64,000 bases of DNA from an uncultured virus (IMG/VR IMGVR_UViG_3300001682_000650) (lineage: Duplodnaviria > Heunggongvirae > Uroviricota > Caudoviricetes), in the IMG/VR virus record IMGVR_UViG_3300001682_000650; one strand, written 5' to 3'. The notes under the pieces are model-generated. The model made no database searches and was not told the origin of the DNA. It was given only the letters and a program-made list of their open reading frames with translations. This document shows, in pieces, positions 57,588-64,000 of the stretch (positions within the stretch are counted from its first letter, which is position 1; each line of letters starts with the position of its first letter). Position numbers and translations under genes: made by a program.

Positions 57588-57815
57588 AAAATGACATTAA
57601 TAGAATTGCAGAGTATATTGGGTGAACGGATACTAATTTCGATAGACAAAAACATGAGTATTGATGAAAGACGAAAAGAAATAGATATATCGCAATCAAT
57701 ATCGTCACTGGCAAAGCAAATGATTAACAACGCAGATATCGTGCTTAGAACAAACAAGCTTGTTGCTGAGGGCGTACTGAGAGAATCAACTATTGAGAAA
57801 ATGGTTGGTGTATAA
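57588..57815 (+). CDS. small helical phage protein preceding the HNH gene
   Basis: AAAGGAG SD; 'EI..S..ISSLAKQMINNA' pattern; start approximate. Confidence 0.55.
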   Translation, partial: KMTLIELQSILGERILISIDKNMSIDERRKEIDISQSISSLAKQMINNADIVLRTNKLVAEGVLRESTIEKMVGV

Positions 57816-58537
57816 TGGCTAAGATCTATACAGAAGACCAAGATCTGTGGCTACTTGAGAATCACCATAAATATGATTCGTACAAGAAAATCACAGACGA
57901 TTTCAATACTCATTTCTGTACGTTGAAAAGTATAAATGCTATTCAACAGCACATGTACAAGGGAATAGGTGTCCATCTAGTCACCGTTAAAAATTCTTCT
58001 CATTTTTCCAAACAAGAGGATAAATGGCTTATTGATAACTATTGTAGATTCCATGACTATAAGAACTTGGTAATAGAGTTGAACAGGATTTTTGGAAATA
58101 ACAGACCTATAAATTCTGTAAGAGAGCGGTGTACGAAAAGGCTAAAATTAAATGGCATTAAAAGCAGAACGTCATACAAAAAAGGGCACAGGCAAGCACA
58201 ATTACCCATTGGAACTATCAGAAAAACTACTAATGGAACTACATACATAAAAGTAAAAGACAGTTACCTATCACGTCAAAAAGGATATAGGGAACCCTAT
58301 TGGGTGCCGATCCAAAAGAAAGTATGGCAGGATCATTATGGTGAAGTGCCCGACGGGAAAATGGTTATCTTCCTTGACGGAAATAATGAGAACATAGACA
58401 TATCAAATCTATATTGTATCGACAGAAAAATATCTGCGATTATGGCTTCAAATGGATGGTACAGCAGTAATCGTGATATAACACTTACTGCAATAAAATG
58501 GTGTGAGCTTTATTACGCTATGAGGCAGTCAATTTAG
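57815..58537 (+). CDS. HNH-family endonuclease-like protein
   Basis: repeated N-terminal helical units; 'VWQDHYGEVPDGKMVIFLDGNNENIDISNL'. Confidence 0.7.
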   Translation: MAKIYTEDQDLWLLENHHKYDSYKKITDDFNTHFCTLKSINAIQQHMYKGIGVHLVTVKNSSHFSKQEDKWLIDNYCRFHDYKNLVIELNRIFGNNRPINSVRERCTKRLKLNGIKSRTSYKKGHRQAQLPIGTIRKTTNGTTYIKVKDSYLSRQKGYREPYWVPIQKKVWQDHYGEVPDGKMVIFLDGNNENIDISNLYCIDRKISAIMASNGWYSSNRDITLTAIKWCELYYAMRQSI

Positions 58538-58548
58538 GGGGCGGGATA

Positions 58549-58851
58549 ATGGTTACAATGAGTGTGAAAGTACCGCAGGAAATTGTCATTAAAGCAAGTC
58601 TTAAAGCTTCTGAAATCCAATGTCTTCGCAGGGAAATTATATTCGAGTTATCTGAAAACAATAAATGGCATTATCGGTTTATGTGTCACGGGTACGGTAA
58701 TGGATACGGAGCCATGTGTCCATGTAAAGAAGACTGTGATTTGAGGATCACTGACTTGAACAAGTGTGTTGATCGTGTATTACCAACTGGATATTCTTAT
58801 AAAGTTCAAGGAGATTTCTTCAGTAGCGTAAATCCTCAAAAGCATACGTAA
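58549..58851 (+). CDS. hypothetical protein
   Basis: 100-aa ORF co-oriented with its neighbours. Confidence 0.5.
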   Translation: MVTMSVKVPQEIVIKASLKASEIQCLRREIIFELSENNKWHYRFMCHGYGNGYGAMCPCKEDCDLRITDLNKCVDRVLPTGYSYKVQGDFFSSVNPQKHT

Positions 58852-58886
58852 AAAATGTTTGTTGATATTATTGCACATAGAAGGGG

Positions 58887-59108
58887 TTGATCTTAGTGCT
58901 GAATGAGATTAAAAAACAACAGGAGCAAGGTATTGTTGGTGTATGCCCACGTTGTGGGCAAAACACAATGGATCCAGAAATACATAGAAACGCATTAAGC
59001 AGATACGAGGATATTCATATCTGTAACGCCTGTGGTTCTGATGAAGCATATCTTGATTTTCTGGACATCCCCCCACTCCACATTACAGGGTGGGCGTGTC
59101 ACAAATAA
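58887..59108 (+). CDS. zinc-finger hypothetical protein
   Basis: CPRCG...NALSR....ICNACGSDEA. Confidence 0.65.
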   Translation: MILVLNEIKKQQEQGIVGVCPRCGQNTMDPEIHRNALSRYEDIHICNACGSDEAYLDFLDIPPLHITGWACHK

Positions 59109-59202
59109 AAATGCACTTGAGATTGGATGTCAACGGTTGTATACGGAGTATCTTATCAAGATGTGTGGTTATCACGCTTATTTTTATAAGGAGGTTGTAA
59201 TT

Positions 59203-59778
59203 ATGAATAATCTATTTAAACCTACATTCGTGGAAGTCAGGATCAAGGAAAATGATTACATTGAAGTTATCAAGAGTATAATTGAAGGTGAGTGCGGTGT
59301 CAGTGATTTTGACATGTTTCTCAGCGTAGATGACGAAACTGGATTTGTCAGAACTGTAATTGATGAGTACACCATTTCAGAAGAAGACGAGGAAACACTG
59401 TCAGAATACGGTTACAACATTCAAGAATGGTACTTACTCACCGAAGCAATCCTCAGAAAGATCTTCAATACTGAAAATGTAAGCTCTTACGTAAACCTTG
59501 ACGAATATGACGCCATGTGTGAGAACAATGAGTTAATTGTACCTATTCAAGTAGGTTTTGAGGACTATATTAACTTGCACAATACTTACTGCAAGACACC
59601 TAAAGGTAATATTACAGCAGTTATGTGTCAGAGCGACTACTTCCCCGCTGTAAAGACATACGTTGGAAATGACCTTGCTACTATAACTGAATATAACTAC
59701 ATTAAAGACGCAATCAGTATCTATGTATACGACAAGGACAACGATGATTTTATCACTACGGTAAATTGGAACCCTTAA
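59203..59778 (+). CDS. hypothetical acidic protein
   Basis: ATG at 59203 after AAGGAGG. Confidence 0.65.
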   Translation: MNNLFKPTFVEVRIKENDYIEVIKSIIEGECGVSDFDMFLSVDDETGFVRTVIDEYTISEEDEETLSEYGYNIQEWYLLTEAILRKIFNTENVSSYVNLDEYDAMCENNELIVPIQVGFEDYINLHNTYCKTPKGNITAVMCQSDYFPAVKTYVGNDLATITEYNYIKDAISIYVYDKDNDDFITTVNWNP

Positions 59779-59970
59779 TGAAATGAGGTTGGCGGGTGAA
59801 GATTGAATATTTGATTAAGTCAAGTATAGACATGTCACTATTCAAAGTCGTTGAAGAACCTGAGCACTCAATACCGTAGCTGAAAAAGCTACAGGAAAAG
59901 TATTGAATATCTGATGACGACATGTGTGAGATATCCTACAATATCAAAATTATTATGGAGTGTGAACAAC

Positions 59971-60699
59971 ATGGCTTACGGTAATTGGGGAGCATTTGTT
60001 TGGAAAAACGGTGAATTCAGAAAAGATTGCTGCGATACTGGATTTGACACCGGAGATCTGCATATCGGAGGACACGCAGTAATAGATTGTGGTGATTTGG
60101 TTTTTGAGTTTTACAAGTCCTACTTCCCCACCATTTTTGAAAAGAAACCTGATGGAACATATAAGAAGTGGGGCGAAGATGAGTTTATAAGGAGTTATGG
60201 GCTCAGCTACGTTCAGGACTGCGTAAAAGTAAACATGAGATATCTGTCAGAGGACAAAAAAGAGCCTGACATTGACGATTTCTACTTCTCTTTTAACCGT
60301 AGCTCAGTAGTAACTCTTGCTTATAATGGTTATCATATTGTGTTTATCGGAGACATATTTGACTTAAACATTCCGATTAACACAGTTAAAATTATTACCC
60401 CTAACGGTGACGTTTGGTACTGTGCGTACGGGATGTCTTTTGGAAATGGATTTGATAAAAAAGCAGTGTCTAAATGCCATAACAAGTACATGCGGTATGA
60501 TGAAGATCAAAAAGAATATCGATACCTCCGTGGGTTCAACAGAAAAATGAAAAAAGCATACTCCAAAGACAACAGGCGTAACCAGCTTTATTGGATTAGA
60601 TGTTATACTAAAGATTTTCTGAAAAGTATGATAAGGCTCAATTTTGTTGACATGGCATACTACTTTTGTATAATTCAAGACTACATTTATAGAATGTAA
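59971..60699 (+). CDS. hypothetical protein
   Basis: probable start MAYGNWGAFVWKNG after GGAG. Confidence 0.65.
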   Translation: MAYGNWGAFVWKNGEFRKDCCDTGFDTGDLHIGGHAVIDCGDLVFEFYKSYFPTIFEKKPDGTYKKWGEDEFIRSYGLSYVQDCVKVNMRYLSEDKKEPDIDDFYFSFNRSSVVTLAYNGYHIVFIGDIFDLNIPINTVKIITPNGDVWYCAYGMSFGNGFDKKAVSKCHNKYMRYDEDQKEYRYLRGFNRKMKKAYSKDNRRNQLYWIRCYTKDFLKSMIRLNFVDMAYYFCIIQDYIYRM

Positions 60700-60707
60700 C
60701 CTACACC

Positions 60708-60746
60708 ACCCCACCACACCCACATAATTTGGCGGTGGGGTTTTTT
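60708..60746 (+). terminator. intrinsic terminator
   Basis: ACCCCACC...GGTGGGGT followed by a T-run. Confidence 0.6.
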
Positions 60747-60781
60747 ATGCTATTAAATGCAATTACTAAAGGAGGTAAATT

Positions 60782-61009
60782 ATGACTAAAACAGTTTTAT
60801 TAAATGGTGTAATTGGAAGAGGGATCAATGGTTTATCTGAAATCAGAATAACTACAGACGATGATATTAATTTGTCAGAAAAAATTATCTGTTTTACAGG
60901 AGAGATAAAAGAGATGGATAGTTATTTTAATAACCATCCGTTAAGTGGTGTACATAATTTTACAGTAAACACTCAAAACATTATTGCCATAATGGAAAAA
61001 GTAACATAA
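60782..61009 (+). CDS. hypothetical protein
   Basis: AAGGAGG SD, 75 aa. Confidence 0.65.
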   Translation: MTKTVLLNGVIGRGINGLSEIRITTDDDINLSEKIICFTGEIKEMDSYFNNHPLSGVHNFTVNTQNIIAIMEKVT

Positions 61010-61075
61010 AGCGTGATGACTGTTACGCTTTACTTACGGGTACTTAAACTAAAATAAGTGAAAGGATGAATTATT

Positions 61076-61828
61076 ATGGGATTAGATTGGCACTCAACTA
61101 CATTTGCAACAGAGCAAGACAAGGAAGATTGGGTTTATACACACTGTCAAGAGAAGTTGGCTGATGGTGTACCATTAGAAGAATTAATTAAAGAGGCTCC
61201 CACATATATGCAGCCATGTTATTTGGTTAATGCCCCTAAAATGAAAAGCAGGGCCTCGTTTGACGACTTTGTATTAAAGGAAATTGAAGATCATAGAGAG
61301 GAAGCTATAAGGATATCACAGCAAGAACACTACAATCATGCCTATGCGGAGTATTGGAAAAATGCTACCTTGGAAAGTGTGAAAAAAGATATGGGGGACA
61401 AGTTCGATTGTGAAAACTGTCCGTTATTGAAAGCACTTCAAGGATCAGATTCAAGTGAAAGTCCATTTTTAGGAGTAACTGTAAAATCATGTGACTTTCG
61501 TGGCAAGATTATCTCCAATGATGAAGCTATAGATGGGCAGTTACAAGACATGGCTTTTGAAGACATGGATCCAAATAGGATGCTTGAATATGCTGATTTA
61601 CTTGAAGAAGAGCTGGAAAGACTACGTAAGAACGGATTTCTTAACAAAGATAGCTATGGGCAGTATTGCCGTGAGTATGACGAAGACGAATGGCCGTTAA
61701 AAGATGCAAAACTGTCTAAAGAGCAGTACGAAAAATCTATGCACTGGAGAGAAAAGAACATAAGAGAAGCTATTCATTGGTTACGCGTTTGTTCGGGGTT
61801 TGGTATCCATAAATATGCTTCTTATTAA
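61076..61828 (+). CDS. hypothetical protein
   Basis: 250 aa with the MGLD start common in phage accessory genes. Confidence 0.7.
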   Translation: MGLDWHSTTFATEQDKEDWVYTHCQEKLADGVPLEELIKEAPTYMQPCYLVNAPKMKSRASFDDFVLKEIEDHREEAIRISQQEHYNHAYAEYWKNATLESVKKDMGDKFDCENCPLLKALQGSDSSESPFLGVTVKSCDFRGKIISNDEAIDGQLQDMAFEDMDPNRMLEYADLLEEELERLRKNGFLNKDSYGQYCREYDEDEWPLKDAKLSKEQYEKSMHWREKNIREAIHWLRVCSGFGIHKYASY

Positions 61829-61881
61829 TGGGGAGGTGGTTAACAACCCCCAACCTTATTTTTAATTTAGGAGGATTTATC

Positions 61882-62118
61882 ATGAAAAAGATTCGTGTAC
61901 CAGTAACTTGGGAGTGTTATGGTGTTGTGGAAGTAGAGGTTCCAGACAATCTTCCCAAAGAAAAAGCTATCGATATGGCTATTAATATCGCTAATGATGA
62001 TGAAATTCCTTTACCCGATGACTGGGAGTATGTAGATAGTAGCTGGAGGGCAGACGATGAAGGAGAACTGACAAGGCTCTTTTACGATCAGGACTATCCA
62101 GAAGGAGGTAAATTATGA
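61882..62118 (+). CDS. hypothetical acidic protein
   Basis: AGGAGG SD; MKKIRVPVTWE. Confidence 0.65.
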   Translation: MKKIRVPVTWECYGVVEVEVPDNLPKEKAIDMAINIANDDEIPLPDDWEYVDSSWRADDEGELTRLFYDQDYPEGGKL

Positions 62119-62164
62119 CTAAAACAGTTTTATTAAATGGTGTAATTGGAAGAGGTGGTGTAAC

Positions 62165-62329
62165 ATGAAAAATAAAGAGCTATTCGACAGAGCAAACCAG
62201 GACAAAGACTTAAACCTACAGGCAAAGTTGAGAGACGATTTTGAAGCATGGTGCAAAAACAATGGCAGAACACCCCTAAACCCGCAATCCATCATCGATT
62301 GGTGGGGCAAAGAAGTCGAATGGCAATGA
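62165..62329 (+). CDS. small hypothetical protein (54 aa)
   Basis: GAGGTG SD, MKNKELFDRA...; below the ORF-track cutoff. Confidence 0.45.
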   Translation: MKNKELFDRANQDKDLNLQAKLRDDFEAWCKNNGRTPLNPQSIIDWWGKEVEWQ

Positions 62330-62441
62330 GATCGTATCTGTGAACTAAAAGAACAATATGGTGAGTATCTTCCAGAAGATTTTGATTATGAGAACAAGTG
62401 TATTCATTATGTAGGAACTGTATTCGGGTAATATTGAAAGG

Positions 62442-62807
62442 ATGGTTGTAATGATGAAAAAGTGGAAAAACCATTACTTTGAAAGTTCTTGTTATAAGAC
62501 AGAGGATTTCAAAGCATTTGCAAGAGATTTAAAGAAATACATTAACAAAAACTTGCCCCCCTCCTCAAAATTAGTTAATTGGAGTGTGGGGCATTTTTAT
62601 GTTTCAGGATTCATTCAAAAAGGCGAACAGTATGTGTATTTTTCACTCCGTGATGTTCGTGGGGGTGATTGGTACGATAATATCCTGATCAGAACCGCCG
62701 CCCACGACAAAGATTATACGGGTGGGTGGAATAACTATACCAGTATTGAATTCTTTGGTCAGTCTGTTCAAAATCTGTTCCAACGAAATGAGGTGATTGC
62801 CGTATGA
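62442..62807 (+). CDS. conserved phage/mobile-element protein
   Basis: 'GHFYVSGFI...YVYFS..DVR....ILIRTAAHDKDYTGGWN'. Confidence 0.7.
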   Translation: MVVMMKKWKNHYFESSCYKTEDFKAFARDLKKYINKNLPPSSKLVNWSVGHFYVSGFIQKGEQYVYFSLRDVRGGDWYDNILIRTAAHDKDYTGGWNNYTSIEFFGQSVQNLFQRNEVIAV

Positions 62808-62998
62808 CAAAAAAAGATATCCTGAAAAGATTGATCAAAGTACAAAAACTCTTGTGGAAGAACGATGACTTAATGAATCAAGAAACATTATTCGACCTAC
62901 AAGACGAAGTCCAAACTCTCGTGTTAAAAGTAGCCGAGGACACAAATTCAACTGACATAATACTTAAAGAATTTCCTTGGCTATACAAGCAATCATAA
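62804..62998 (+). CDS. hypothetical protein
   Basis: GAGGTG SD, ATGA coupling. Confidence 0.6.
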   Translation: MTKKDILKRLIKVQKLLWKNDDLMNQETLFDLQDEVQTLVLKVAEDTNSTDIILKEFPWLYKQS

Positions 62999-63023
62999 CC
63001 CCACCAATGTAAAAAATATTGAG

Positions 63024-63437
63024 TTGTTTTTGGAAGGAGATGATTCATTGTTCAACAAAGATACAAAAAGACGTGCAGAAATTCTCAATATACCAAACGA
63101 TTATCCTACTGGAGGTATCAGAAAATTCAGAAATGCGACAGTTGAACAAATCAAGACACTCATGGACGAGAACTTTTTAGATCCGTCAGACACGCAGAAT
63201 GATTCCCCCACTGCAAAAGAATTTCTGGAATTTATGCAGGGATACCCAGAGGTAAGAGCACATGGGTATGTTGTAAGTCCTGATAGAGACGACTACCGTG
63301 TTACAATCGAGGGGCTTGAATGCCCAGAGTTTAAATTAACAGAAGATTCTTTTGGTTTGTACATCGACTTTATAAAACTATGTAGACATGCAGACGAATT
63401 TGAAATAGATTCGTACCTATATAGTTGGTGGGACTGA
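63024..63437 (+). CDS. hypothetical protein
   Basis: 'QNDSPT..EF', 'HGYVVSPDRDDYRVTIEG', ends WWD. Confidence 0.65.
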   Translation: MFLEGDDSLFNKDTKRRAEILNIPNDYPTGGIRKFRNATVEQIKTLMDENFLDPSDTQNDSPTAKEFLEFMQGYPEVRAHGYVVSPDRDDYRVTIEGLECPEFKLTEDSFGLYIDFIKLCRHADEFEIDSYLYSWWD

Positions 63438-63444
63438 TTAAGAA

Positions 63445-63630
63445 ATGATTTACACAGGAGGTGCTTTAATGATGGCTTATAATGAATATGCTTATCGAGT
63501 ATGGGTAGGCAAAAGAGAAACAAAAAGATGTGTGTTAATAAACGCATGTAATGGTGTCGCCGCAAGAATAATTGCTATGCAGAAATATCCTGGTGAAAGT
63601 ATAGGTGCTGTATGGAGAGTAAGTATATAA
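63445..63630 (+). CDS. hypothetical protein
   Basis: AGGAGG SD suggests a start near 63469-63472. Confidence 0.5.
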   Translation: MIYTGGALMMAYNEYAYRVWVGKRETKRCVLINACNGVAARIIAMQKYPGESIGAVWRVSI

Positions 63631-64000
63631 CGAAGACTTATATAAAAAGTCTTCTCAAGGAAGTTTGCGATATTTTAAAATGCAAACCTCCAAAAATCAT
63701 TTTTTTGTCAGATGACATATTTATGGAAGCTATATGCAATCTTCCAGTGACAGAGTCAATGATGAAATCAGGAGTGTACAAGGACTTCTATAACGAATAC
63801 GCATCATTCGCAGCTATGGGAATGGGCAAGATTGTAATGTCACTAAGCAGAGCAAATAAGTTTTTACGTGGTTTCTCTGAAAAACAAGTGTGCGAGTACT
63901 TAAAGTATGTTCTTGGACACGAAGTTGGTCACTTGTTAGATTGGAACGATGACCCATTTGAAAACGAGATGGTAGCTTGTACGTATGGCAAGATGGTGAG
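63612..64000 (+). CDS. HExxH zinc metallopeptidase-like protein (3' truncated by the window)
   Basis: open frame MESKYITK...YVLGHEVGHLL...ENEMVA running off the window end. Confidence 0.65.
   Translation, partial: MESKYITKTYIKSLLKEVCDILKCKPPKIIFLSDDIFMEAICNLPVTESMMKSGVYKDFYNEYASFAAMGMGKIVMSLSRANKFLRGFSEKQVCEYLKYVLGHEVGHLLDWNDDPFENEMVACTYGKMV

Noticed and set aside
1..64000. Diversity-generating retroelement, retron, integrase or alternative genetic code
   Set aside because: No reverse transcriptase or recombinase ORF and no TR/VR pair was seen; genes are intact and densely packed under the standard bacterial code

Overview
This window is a 64-kb segment of a large, low-GC tailed phage genome, probably a siphovirus because no tail sheath gene is visible. 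The likely host is an S-layer-bearing Firmicute (Clostridia or Bacilli); this is inferred from SLH domains, GGAGG Shine-Dalgarno sites and sigmaA promoters. Positions 1-40.7 kb form a minus-strand morphogenesis module: terminase small and large subunits, a metallophosphoesterase, portal, protease/scaffold, head decoration protein, major capsid, neck, tail tube, a tail chaperone with a -1 frameshift, a 3327-aa tape measure, SLH-bearing baseplate proteins, an M23-peptidase hub and many distal tail genes. Nine copies of a bipartite late-promoter motif (GTTAC-N15-RCCTAYYCTA) lie upstream of genes in this module. A secreted SLH moron with its own sigmaA promoter sits between the tape measure and Dit genes. 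AT-rich palindromic repeats occur at 15.8-16.1 kb and, inverted, at 40.8-41.1 kb. From 42 kb the plus strand carries early/accessory genes: a candidate ~550-nt structured ncRNA, smaller structured RNAs, an ArfA-motif peptide, three tRNA-Glu(CUC) genes, two paralogous M28-like peptidases around a Cys-rich protein, and many small hypothetical genes. It also holds three kinds of RNA-guided transposon: an IS200/IS605 tnpB element, two gapped IS607-type elements inserted in Shine-Dalgarno sequences, and an iscB element with its omegaRNA. All calls come from reading motifs by eye; no database search was run. Three N-gaps limit what can be seen.
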